Assembly (NCBI GenBank): GCA_016207685.1
Contig: JACQPE010000004.1
Span: 1,559 to 65,558, forward strand
From: Elusimicrobiota bacterium
Lineage (GTDB): Bacteria > Elusimicrobiota > Elusimicrobia > JACQPE01
Length of the DNA: 64,000 nucleotides
Direction: 5' to 3'
Translations under genes and position numbers: made by a program
Notes under the pieces: generated by a model
Told to the model about the DNA's origin: nothing
The model's input: only the letters and a program-made list of their open reading frames with translations
Databases searched by the model: none
Shown here: positions 44,541 to 53,005 of the stretch, one piece after another
How positions within the stretch are numbered: position 1 is the first letter of the stretch
Layout of the letters: the number at the start of each line of letters is the position of its first letter

Positions 44541-45722
44541 ATGAAACATTTATTGACAGCCGCTTTGGTCAATATGACCGCAGTCAACATGCCGCTTTAC
44601 GCGGATCATGGCCAGGGCGCTCCGGATGCCCCAGCGGATTTCGCTTATGAAGACCTGCGCTGCCGCTGGGAAGGCGGCGCAGGCAGCAGGGTTGTCTGCG
44701 AGGATCAAGATGGAGGCGGTATCAGCGCTTCCTGCGATGACCTAAAAAAAATTTGCGAAGCGGGCTTGACTCAAACGAAGATGGGAATTCCAGCCATTGA
44801 ATCCCAACAAGAACAAAACCATGAACCTCTCACCAATGCCCAAGGAGAACCCTGCCAAACCTTACAGACCGGCACTGTTGCCTGCACCAAAAAAGACGGC
44901 TCTATCTATGCCTCCCGGCTCGGCGCTCAATCAGCCGCGTCCATCCTATTTGATGGAAACGCGGATGTCTCCATCTTCAATAGCGCCGATGGCTACACCT
45001 GCGAGGTAACGGCCGGCCGGTACTCGGTTTGCGAAAAACATGATGAAACAGGACGACTGGCGCATAGCTTTGGCGCCACCTGCGACATGCGTCCGGATCT
45101 TTGCGGACCCGCTTCCGATTCAACGACATCTCCCTCCACTCAAAAACAAGCTGAACAAATCGCGGTATTTCCGCAAGGCAATGACGGGCTGCCGGAGTTG
45201 GACCTGGGTTTAGGTTCATCAGGAAATTCAACAACAACTCCGGCAGCTGGATCACCGGCCCATGACAACGGACTTCTCATGACCGAGGGTGCCCCATCAG
45301 TATATGACCCTCTGATGGAACAATCCGAATCTGCCCTGCGTCAAACGGATGCTGCCATCAAGAAAGTTTGGCGCGAGGTCAAAAAAGGAGCCCAATCAAT
45401 CACCAACGCGGCGGCGGCTCAATTGAATCATTTGAGTCTGCGCCTTTGGCACGCCATTTCCCACCAGGTGACGCGCACGCAAGTGATGCGCCGGCTGCCG
45501 GCTAAATATTTCGCCTCAAACGGCATTTTTGAAAAACCGGACAAAGTCCTTCTTGAACTCAATCTTATCGCGGAGCCAGGATTGCCGGCCATGCTCCGGG
45601 ATGTGAGCGTCACCGAAGAATGCCTGGGCGCCGTTCCTGGGCAGGCGAGCGTGCAACACGTGGACATGCTCGCCCAATGCGGCCGGGTCGCTTTCGGCGA
45701 AAGCCGCAGATTCAAAATATAA
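44541..45722 (+). CDS. hypothetical secreted cysteine-rich protein
   Basis: signal peptide MKHLLTAALVNMTAVNMPLYA; paired Cys throughout; Ser/Thr/Gly-rich linker; no family recognised. Confidence 0.4.
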   Translation: MKHLLTAALVNMTAVNMPLYADHGQGAPDAPADFAYEDLRCRWEGGAGSRVVCEDQDGGGISASCDDLKKICEAGLTQTKMGIPAIESQQEQNHEPLTNAQGEPCQTLQTGTVACTKKDGSIYASRLGAQSAASILFDGNADVSIFNSADGYTCEVTAGRYSVCEKHDETGRLAHSFGATCDMRPDLCGPASDSTTSPSTQKQAEQIAVFPQGNDGLPELDLGLGSSGNSTTTPAAGSPAHDNGLLMTEGAPSVYDPLMEQSESALRQTDAAIKKVWREVKKGAQSITNAAAAQLNHLSLRLWHAISHQVTRTQVMRRLPAKYFASNGIFEKPDKVLLELNLIAEPGLPAMLRDVSVTEECLGAVPGQASVQHVDMLAQCGRVAFGESRRFKI

Positions 45723-45726
45723 ATGG

Positions 45727-46923
45727 TTAAAAATGCCAAGCCGCCAAAAGCTGATGTCGGCGGGGCAGTCGGCGGTATTCTCCGGAACCGGGGCCAAAGG
45801 ATCTCTGGAGATTTATTTTTACTTCGAGATTCGATCCCGGGGAAAGAAAAATAAGTTCCGGAATCCAAGCGAATGAGCCATCGTTGATGTTGGAATACCC
45901 TTGAACGGCAAACGACCACAATGGGGTGAATGTCCGCCCCAGGTGAACGCCGACATAGTCTTTGGCCATATAAAGGTCCTCTCCCCGCAACAACCTGGTG
46001 AAATCATAACTTGACGCATCGCCGGCGCCCAGGCCGTTATGCAAATACTCCAATGATACGAGCCAATCCGCCGCATACGCGCGTTCCCAATGGATCAAGT
46101 GCCTTTTGAATTTTTTTTGAACAATCTCGCTTCGAATGACCGGCGTCAAACCGGCGATTTCAAAGCTGAACTCTTCTTCTTGAATCTCATTAAAAGTTCC
46201 TTCCCATCGCAGTTCACCCTGCAGCACGGACCACTCGAGACTGGCACCCAGGCCGCGCGTCATCGGGGCCAGTTCTCCGGCTAAAAAACTTCCCTCCAAT
46301 CCAGAAGCCAACAATCCTTGGGCCAGGAGATAAGAACGGTATCGCGCGTTATCCCGGTCCCAACAATAAGCGCCCTCGATTTTTAGTAAATTGCCGGGCC
46401 GCCAACGCCACCGAGCCGTATCCGATCCGGGCCTTTCCAACGATTCCGCGGCAATCGCCGGAAGCGCGTCAAAACGATCCAGAATCGAAACAAAAACACG
46501 GGTATTGCCCATGGCGTTACGCATCCGCCCGGCTGATAGTTCCCACGAATCAGCGCTAAAAGCGCCATAAAAACGGTAGGCTCGCGCTAAAAGCTGCCGG
46601 TTATTAAATGCCCCCCAGGAAGCCTCCCAATTTATCCGATTGCTTCCCTGAAGACGCTCCAATGTCAGCGACTGCCATTCTGATGTGCCAAGGTAATCTC
46701 CTGAAAAATAATGAACCTGCAGATCCGCCTCAAGGCGCCAAGGGCCGCGGCGCAGATCCGATGGGCGGGCGCTCAAATAACTGCGTGATAGACTATAGGG
46801 ATCCTGCTCAAAAACCGTTTTTGAGGCGGCCAGAGACTCTTTAAAGCCAATGTCAAACGGAATAGCGTAAGCCGGCGCGGCCAAAAAAAGAAAACAAAAT
46901 TTAAGAAACGCTCGCCGCTTCAT
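45727..46923 (-). CDS. hypothetical outer-membrane beta-barrel protein
   Basis: signal peptide MKRRAFLKFCFLFLAAPAYA; C-terminal ...LLAAWHF; last gene of the LolA-like/FtsX/ABC operon. Confidence 0.4.
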   Translation of the reverse strand: MKRRAFLKFCFLFLAAPAYAIPFDIGFKESLAASKTVFEQDPYSLSRSYLSARPSDLRRGPWRLEADLQVHYFSGDYLGTSEWQSLTLERLQGSNRINWEASWGAFNNRQLLARAYRFYGAFSADSWELSAGRMRNAMGNTRVFVSILDRFDALPAIAAESLERPGSDTARWRWRPGNLLKIEGAYCWDRDNARYRSYLLAQGLLASGLEGSFLAGELAPMTRGLGASLEWSVLQGELRWEGTFNEIQEEEFSFEIAGLTPVIRSEIVQKKFKRHLIHWERAYAADWLVSLEYLHNGLGAGDASSYDFTRLLRGEDLYMAKDYVGVHLGRTFTPLWSFAVQGYSNINDGSFAWIPELIFLSPGSNLEVKINLQRSFGPGSGEYRRLPRRHQLLAAWHF

Positions 46924-47836
46924 GGGCGACTAAAGAGGCATTTTTATCGTCGCTTAAAATCGAGCCGTCGCGCAAGTGAACCACGCGCCGGGCGCGCTCT
47001 AAAATCAACGCGTCATGACTTGAAAACAAAAACGTCGTTCCCCTGTCCCTATTAATTTTCTGCATCAAATCAAGAATGCCGGCGGCTGTTTTAGAGTCCA
47101 AATTCGCCGTTGGTTCATCGGCTAAAATCAGCTTGGGGCTGGCGGCCAAGGCCCGCGCAATGGCCACGCGCTGCTGCTGACCGCCGGAAAGCTTCGACGG
47201 CCGGCGATGGGCGCAATTTTCCAGGCCGACATAACGCAGGCCCTCCCAAACACGCTCACGCCGTTCCGGCGGCGACACTTCTTTTAAAATCAAGGCGTAT
47301 TCGATATTTTCATAGGCGCTTAAAACAGGAATAAGATTAAAGGCTTGAAAAACGAATCCCAGGTTTAGCCGCCGGAAATCACTTCGATCATCCTCGGAAA
47401 GATCCTCAAGATTGCGTCCCTCGAATAAGACTTGGCCATAGGTCGGCTGCTCCAGGCTCGCGATGATATTTAACAACGTTGACTTGCCTGATCCCGAAGG
47501 GCCGGCCAAGGCCAAAAACTCCCCTTGCCGAATGTCCAGGCTGACGTTTAACAAAGCTGTTACGGCAAATTCGTCCTCCTTGACGATCAGCTCCCGCAAA
47601 AAACGGGCCCTCTGCAAGACGGAATCTTTCCGGCGAAACTCCTCCGCCTTTGACTCAACGACGGTTTTAATGTCCCGGTATGCGCTTAATAACTTCTTGG
47701 CCGAGAAAGTCTTGCGCAAATCGCCCAAATCCCTAGTTTTTTCATAGAGATCGGCAAGTCCCGGAATGAAGGCGCGCTCGCTGGTCCGATAAATTTTTGT
47801 GACCTTATCAATCGAGAGCAAAGACGCGTTAGACAT
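46901..47836 (-). CDS. ABC transporter ATP-binding protein (LolD/MacB-type) with ~80-aa N-terminal extension
   Basis: Walker A GPSGSGKSTLLN, signature LSGGQQQRVAIARAL, Walker B LILADEPTANLD. Confidence 0.85.
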   Translation of the reverse strand: MSNASLLSIDKVTKIYRTSERAFIPGLADLYEKTRDLGDLRKTFSAKKLLSAYRDIKTVVESKAEEFRRKDSVLQRARFLRELIVKEDEFAVTALLNVSLDIRQGEFLALAGPSGSGKSTLLNIIASLEQPTYGQVLFEGRNLEDLSEDDRSDFRRLNLGFVFQAFNLIPVLSAYENIEYALILKEVSPPERRERVWEGLRYVGLENCAHRRPSKLSGGQQQRVAIARALAASPKLILADEPTANLDSKTAAGILDLMQKINRDRGTTFLFSSHDALILERARRVVHLRDGSILSDDKNASLVAHEAASVS

Positions 47837-49058
47837 GGCGCAGGGCCTCCGCGGCGCGCAGGCGGGTTACCCGGATCGCGGGAATAATGCCGGCAATGGC
47901 GCTAACCAAAATCACCAGCAAAACGGCAACAATATGGCTCTTCCAGGCAAAACGCATGTAAAGAACCTTTTCAAAAGGCAAAAAATAACTTAAGGCTTCG
48001 CCCAAAGGCAACGGAAGTCCGACAAAATGAAACACGACAATGGCGGATAATCCCCAAGCCGCGCCCCAAGCAAGGCCCATCGTTCCCAAAAAAGCGGACT
48101 CCATCAAAAGAAGCAGCGCGACGTCGCGGCGCTTCGCGCCCAAGGCCATCATTAAGCCGAATTCCCGGATGCGTTCGAATAGGCTCATGAGCATGGTGTT
48201 TAAAATTCCCAAGGCCACGATGATAAATACGATGCCGATCATAAAAGACAAAACAGCATCCTGAAATCCCTGCACATGAACGATCTCGGAGCTGATATCG
48301 CTCCAGCGCAAAATCTTTAATCCCCTCCGGGGCGCTTCCAGCGACACGGCTAATCGCTCCTGGGTTGCTTCAATCATCGTGGCGTCCTTAAGCTTGACGG
48401 CGATGCAGTTAATGTCCTCTCCCCAGGCCAATAGCTCTTGGGCGTCTTTAAGATGCATGTAAATAATCGAGGCGTCCCAGGTGTAGCTGCCCGTCTTATA
48501 AATACCGGAAACGCGCAATACCTTGCCCTCAAAAGCGCCTTGGCGGTTTTGAGCCATAAGCACTAATTTTTCCCCCACGCGCACATCCAAATTTTTAGCC
48601 ACTTTGGCCCCGATCGTCACCTGCTTTGGGGCATCCAAAAACCGGCCCTCGACGATGTATTGGGCCACGCTCGTTAATTGCTTTTCCTTCTCCGGCTCCA
48701 TGGCAAAAACACCCGTGCCTACGGAATTTTGGGCCGACGCCAATAAAGCGGTAAATAACACCCTCTGGGAATAAGCCATAACGGCGTTATCGCGCGAAAG
48801 CGCCTCTTCAATCGCCGCAACATCTCCAAAAGAATACTCGGGAATTTTCAAATCCTCCGTATCTTTGTTCTGAATTTGAATATGGGAATTAAAAACGCTC
48901 AAGGAACGCTCCACCATGTCGGATTGAAGACTTTTAATCAGGCTCTGAATAAAAAATAAAGCCGCCACGCCGATGATCACCGAGGCCAGCGTCAAGCCGC
49001 TGCGGCGGCGGTTGCGAAACACGTTGCGCAAGGCCAGCTTGATAACGGCAAAAATCAT
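47829..49058 (-). CDS. FtsX-like ABC permease (LolC/E/MacB-type)
   Basis: TM1 MIFAVIKLALRNVFRNRRRSGLTLASVIIGVAALFF, large periplasmic domain, three C-terminal TM helices. Confidence 0.8.
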   Translation of the reverse strand: MIFAVIKLALRNVFRNRRRSGLTLASVIIGVAALFFIQSLIKSLQSDMVERSLSVFNSHIQIQNKDTEDLKIPEYSFGDVAAIEEALSRDNAVMAYSQRVLFTALLASAQNSVGTGVFAMEPEKEKQLTSVAQYIVEGRFLDAPKQVTIGAKVAKNLDVRVGEKLVLMAQNRQGAFEGKVLRVSGIYKTGSYTWDASIIYMHLKDAQELLAWGEDINCIAVKLKDATMIEATQERLAVSLEAPRRGLKILRWSDISSEIVHVQGFQDAVLSFMIGIVFIIVALGILNTMLMSLFERIREFGLMMALGAKRRDVALLLLMESAFLGTMGLAWGAAWGLSAIVVFHFVGLPLPLGEALSYFLPFEKVLYMRFAWKSHIVAVLLVILVSAIAGIIPAIRVTRLRAAEALRHV

Positions 49059-49876
49059 TTGGGGAGGCCCTCTTCCAAGGTCTTTTTCGTAAAAATTTTC
49101 TCATCGAACTTTTCATCGAAACTGACGCTTTTATATTCGATCTCGGTTTCCTGGCCTTTCTTTTTCATCGGCCTGCACGTCGTCACCAAGGGGATGCGCC
49201 GCCCGCCCATCATTTTGATTTTATCAAGGGCAATGTCCCGGATAAGTTCTCCACGCTCGTTATAATCCTTCTCGCCCACGGGAATGACCTCGAGGCCGTC
49301 TTTAGACACTACGGCCATCCAAACAACTTTGCCCCAAACCACCGGCGCATCGTCATGCGGGATCATCTCGATCGTCACCTGATAATCGCTTCGTTTTTTG
49401 GGATCGGGAATCTCCTCAATTATTTTATGGCCATAATCCGTAACGAAAGAATCCAACTTGGTCATGTCCTCATAAGTGAAATCCGACCCCATCCAAGAAG
49501 TGTGCATCATGGAAAAGGGCACCTTAATCGCCTGCTCCGTCTCTCGGGTGTACGTCCAGATGTCCTTGCCCAGGCGCAACGTGCGATTACCTTTTTCTTT
49601 ATCCGGTTTATGGATGACTAAAAACGATTTTTCCTTGCCCTGGTGGAAACTCTCCACCTCAAGCTCGCGAACGTAAGAAGGCCGGACGATGCGCATGGCA
49701 ACCCGCGCATGCGAGCTTTTAATGCCCCGCATCACCTCCAACCCGCGATCCACAATCTCCTTAGGAGTCAGCTTAAGGACCGGGGGTGCCGCCGGCGGGA
49801 CAACGCTCGGCGCCGCAATCCCTTGAGCTTGGGCTAAAGCTAAAAATAAAAAAATCCAAAATCCAGCCAAAAACAT
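49055..49876 (-). CDS. LolA-like outer-membrane lipoprotein-sorting/carrier family protein
   Basis: signal peptide; family commonly encoded upstream of FtsX/ABC pairs; 4-nt overlap with the permease gene. Confidence 0.5.
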   Translation of the reverse strand: MFLAGFWIFLFLALAQAQGIAAPSVVPPAAPPVLKLTPKEIVDRGLEVMRGIKSSHARVAMRIVRPSYVRELEVESFHQGKEKSFLVIHKPDKEKGNRTLRLGKDIWTYTRETEQAIKVPFSMMHTSWMGSDFTYEDMTKLDSFVTDYGHKIIEEIPDPKKRSDYQVTIEMIPHDDAPVVWGKVVWMAVVSKDGLEVIPVGEKDYNERGELIRDIALDKIKMMGGRRIPLVTTCRPMKKKGQETEIEYKSVSFDEKFDEKIFTKKTLEEGLPK

Positions 49877-50449
49877 GAATCCACTGACAGTTTAGCGAAT
49901 TATTGGATAGAGAACCGCTTCCAATGCCGTGGCGGCTCCCACTGCCTTCAGGACTCTTGCCTAACGATCCGGCTGACCTATTGAGCCGGCTCCGTCTTTG
50001 GATGCGTCGTAAGCATCGCCGTAAATGGTCGCAGTCTCATCGAGCGTGGCCCGCCTCGCTTTTCTATAAGCGGGGGCTCTGTCGCCCTGGCGCCGCTTTA
50101 TATTGTCGGGCTAGCAGGCGAGGCGGCCTTGGGTAAAATCGGCGTTTTAACGATGAATTTGCAATACCACATGGCAAAAATGGAAACCGTTACTTTTACT
50201 GATTGTTGCGGCGATGATTCCGGCGCCTTGAAGTCCGCGGATGGAACGAAGAACATCTCCATTGATTACGGCGGAATATTCATCAGCATGGGACTCGGTT
50301 TTTAGCGAAGCCTCAAAAATAGAACTGGGGTCAATGCCTGACACATATTTTTTGTAAATAATAAAATTTCCATTATGTCTCACCCGCTTCGCATAGAATA
50401 GTAAAGGTGTAGCCCAGGGGAGCCCCCCGCCAACAATCCCTACATTCCG

Positions 50450-50480
50450 AAAAATGCCCCTGGCCGGGGCGCATTTTTGC
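50450..50480. terminator. bidirectional rho-independent terminator-like hairpin downstream of meaB
   Basis: aaaaat-gcccc-tggcc-ggggc-gcattttt: GC stem flanked by an A-run and a T-run. Confidence 0.5.
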
Positions 50481-50497
50481 CGGTGATAACACGATTT

Positions 50498-51448
50498 TTA
50501 CCGCCGTTTTCTTTTGAGAACTTTCTCGACGTACTCAATGGGGTCGGCTTTGCGCTCGAGAAGGTTGCCCAAGTCCACATCGGAAACCTTGGAGTCAATG
50601 GCCTGCCATAGCCTTTCCATCATCATGAGGCGGACTTCCGTGCGGATAGACTCCTTTTTGCGGCGTTCCCATTCGCCCGAGTCTTTCATGTGGCGCTCAT
50701 GGTCGTCAATGGTGGATAAAAGCCCTTCGGCGCCGTCTCCGGAGACCGAGTTGACCGCCATGACCGGGGTTTTCCACGCCCCTGATTTGCGCACGTCCAT
50801 GCTAAAAATATTCTTCCAAAACGTAATCGCCCGGTCCGTGCCTTCGGTATCTGATTTGTTGACCGCCACCATATCGGACATCTCGATAATGCCCGCTTTC
50901 ATGGCCTGCACCTCGTCTCCCAGGGTGGGCACCGTCACATAAACCGTGGTCTGGGCGACCTTGGCGATCAAGGTGTCATCCTGGCCGCTGCCCATGGTTT
51001 CAATAAAAATAAAATGCTTGCCGCTGGCCTCCATCACATGCACGAGAGAATAAATTTTTCGCGTCAATGAATCCAGGCTTTGCGCGCCGCCCGGCACCGA
51101 CCGGATAAAAACGCCTTCATCGTTGGCAATCTCCTGCATCCGGATGCGGTCCCCCAAAAAAGAGCCATGGCTGATGGGACTCGTGGGGTCAATCGAGAGC
51201 ACGCCCACGGTTTGCCCGCGTTTGCGCACCGCTTTAGCTAATTGGAAAATGAGCGAACTCTTGCCCACGCCCGTGGATCCGGTAATGCCGATAATCCGGG
51301 CATTACCGCCATACGGGTAAATTTTCTGCAGAAACTTAACGCTCGCCCCGTCGCCGTTTCGCTCCACCAAGGAAAGCCCTCTGGCAATGGCGCTCATCTC
51401 GCCGGAAATTACTCCGAGAACAAGTTCTTTTAATTCAAATGGCAGCAT
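50498..51448 (-). CDS. meaB: methylmalonyl-CoA mutase-associated GTPase MeaB/ArgK
   Basis: P-loop GITGSTGVGKSSLI and G-protein motifs. Confidence 0.85.
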   Translation of the reverse strand: MLPFELKELVLGVISGEMSAIARGLSLVERNGDGASVKFLQKIYPYGGNARIIGITGSTGVGKSSLIFQLAKAVRKRGQTVGVLSIDPTSPISHGSFLGDRIRMQEIANDEGVFIRSVPGGAQSLDSLTRKIYSLVHVMEASGKHFIFIETMGSGQDDTLIAKVAQTTVYVTVPTLGDEVQAMKAGIIEMSDMVAVNKSDTEGTDRAITFWKNIFSMDVRKSGAWKTPVMAVNSVSGDGAEGLLSTIDDHERHMKDSGEWERRKKESIRTEVRLMMMERLWQAIDSKVSDVDLGNLLERKADPIEYVEKVLKRKRR

Positions 51449-51469
51449 AAGGACACCTCTCTTCTAAAA

Positions 51470-51506
51470 ATTTTCAATGACGATTTTCGAATGACGAATT
51501 TCGAAT
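51470..51506. repeat. (TTTCGAA/TGACGAA) 14-mer tandem repeat x2.5
   Basis: ttttcaatgacgattttcgaatgacgaatttcgaat; shares the core GACGAATTTCGAA with 39251..39275. Confidence 0.85.
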
Positions 51507-51520
51507 AAAAACGAATCCTG

Positions 51521-51952
51521 CTAATTTCTGCGCGTCTTTTTGGCAAGCCGTTCTTTTAAAAAACGGACGATTTCATTGGTCGGCGTTCCCGGACCAAAAA
51601 CGCGCTCCACGCCCTTTTTCTTGAGTTTGAGCACATCTTCACGCGGAATAATCCCTCCGCCAAAAACAAGAATATCTTTAAGCCCTTTTTCGTGGAGCAA
51701 ATCCATCACTTGGGGAAAAAGCGTCATATGGCTTCCGGACAGTAACGACAGCCCCACGCAGTCCACATCCTCCTGAAGGGCCGCCGTGGCGATCATTTCG
51801 GGGGTCTGCCGGATACCCGTGTAAATCACATCAAATCCCGCATCGCGCAACGCGCGAACCACGACTTTAGCGCCGCGATCATGACCGTCTAAGCCCGGTT
51901 TGGCAATTAAAATCCTACTCATAAACCATTTCCTCCTCTTGGAGCATTTCAA
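51521..51952 (-). CDS. methylmalonyl-CoA mutase, B12-binding (small/C-terminal) subunit
   Basis: cobalamin-binding DxHxxG: [15 protein letters not shown]. Confidence 0.8.
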   Translation of the reverse strand: MKCSKRRKWFMSRILIAKPGLDGHDRGAKVVVRALRDAGFDVIYTGIRQTPEMIATAALQEDVDCVGLSLLSGSHMTLFPQVMDLLHEKGLKDILVFGGGIIPREDVLKLKKKGVERVFGPGTPTNEIVRFLKERLAKKTRRN

Positions 51953-53003
51953 GGTAGGCTTTGACCACCTGGGGGTCCAACCTTATCGAACTTAAGCTTT
52001 GGAGCTCGGTTGTGAGCTGTCCCAGGAGTTGTTCCCGGGGGACCCCGCGTAATTGATAGCGAATATCTTCGGCGGTGTCAACTACCGCGATAATGCGCGC
52101 GCCCAAGGGAATGGCTTCTCCCTTGAGATGGTCCGGGGTCCCGGAGCCATCCATGCACTCATGATGATGGCGGATAATAGGAATGGCCCCTTTGAAAAGT
52201 TCGACGCCGGAGAGCATTTTTTCCGCCAAGACCGAATGTAATCCATCCAACGAACCTTCCGAAGACTTATATTCCATGCGGGAAATACTTAAAAAATCCA
52301 TATAACGAGTATTTTTTTCCGCCAAAAATCCAATGTCATAAAGCAAGCTCGCATGCGCCAGATCCGCCAGTTCCTTGGCGGAAAGCCCCAGCCTTCGGCC
52401 TAAATACGCGGCTTGGCGCTGACACCGCCAAGGACGGCCCACGAATCGAGGACCGATAGATTCGATGGAAATAGCCAGCACTTCAAGAATGTGGGCAAAA
52501 AAATTACGCTGCTCATGAACCAGGCGGGCATTGGAAATGGCAATCGAAGCAAAACTGGCCAAATGGGTCAAAAGCATCTGATCTTCCTGGGTGAACTGCC
52601 CATTAATTTTATTGAGCATTTCCACAATCCCCAAGGGTTCTCCTTTGAAAAACATGGGCACGCACAAAAGAGATTTAGTCACGAAGCCGCTGGTTTTATC
52701 AAACTGCCCGGCAAACCTGGCGTCCCGCGTGACATCTCCGATAACTAAAGGCTGCAGATTTTGAGCCACCCATCCGGCGACCCCCACTCCGACGGGAATG
52801 ATGAGCTTTTTAATCGCCATTCCCTTGTCACCCGTCGCTACCTTAAAATAAAGATTCTTTCGGGTATCATCAAACAGCATTATTGAACTCGCTTCGCAAT
52901 TCAATAATTTTTTACCCACAAGACCAATTTTGCCCAAAACCGTATCCAAGTCGGTTGAACTTGTGAGCTCTTCGGCTATTTCAAAAAGACCTGCGGCATC
53001 CAT
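51915..53003 (-). CDS. GAF domain protein with degenerate HD-GYP domain
   Basis: N-terminal GAF; C-terminal HD-GYP fold in which HD is YDIGF ([14 protein letters not shown]) and GYP is GTP ([15 protein letters not shown]). Confidence 0.7.
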   Translation of the reverse strand: MDAAGLFEIAEELTSSTDLDTVLGKIGLVGKKLLNCEASSIMLFDDTRKNLYFKVATGDKGMAIKKLIIPVGVGVAGWVAQNLQPLVIGDVTRDARFAGQFDKTSGFVTKSLLCVPMFFKGEPLGIVEMLNKINGQFTQEDQMLLTHLASFASIAISNARLVHEQRNFFAHILEVLAISIESIGPRFVGRPWRCQRQAAYLGRRLGLSAKELADLAHASLLYDIGFLAEKNTRYMDFLSISRMEYKSSEGSLDGLHSVLAEKMLSGVELFKGAIPIIRHHHECMDGSGTPDHLKGEAIPLGARIIAVVDTAEDIRYQLRGVPREQLLGQLTTELQSLSSIRLDPQVVKAYLEMLQEEEMVYE

Positions 53004-53005
53004 AA

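Noticed and set aside
49900-50140. Cobalamin riboswitch near the B12-dependent mutase / upstream of the export operon
   Set aside because: Only a weak CCACTGCC resemblance to the B12 box. No GGTGNNAATCC-type or GAAGCCAGGAGAC-type blocks. The mutase operon has no free leader because its genes overlap with upstream genes.
50147-50383. 78-aa minus-strand ORF in the meaB-downstream gap
   Set aside because: No start context, no domain, and it overlaps an equally unsupported plus-strand small ORF.
5225-51506. Possibility that the short tandem repeats are degenerate CRISPR arrays
   Set aside because: Units are 7-8 nt with no unique spacers of ~30 nt, no leader and no cas genes anywhere in the window.
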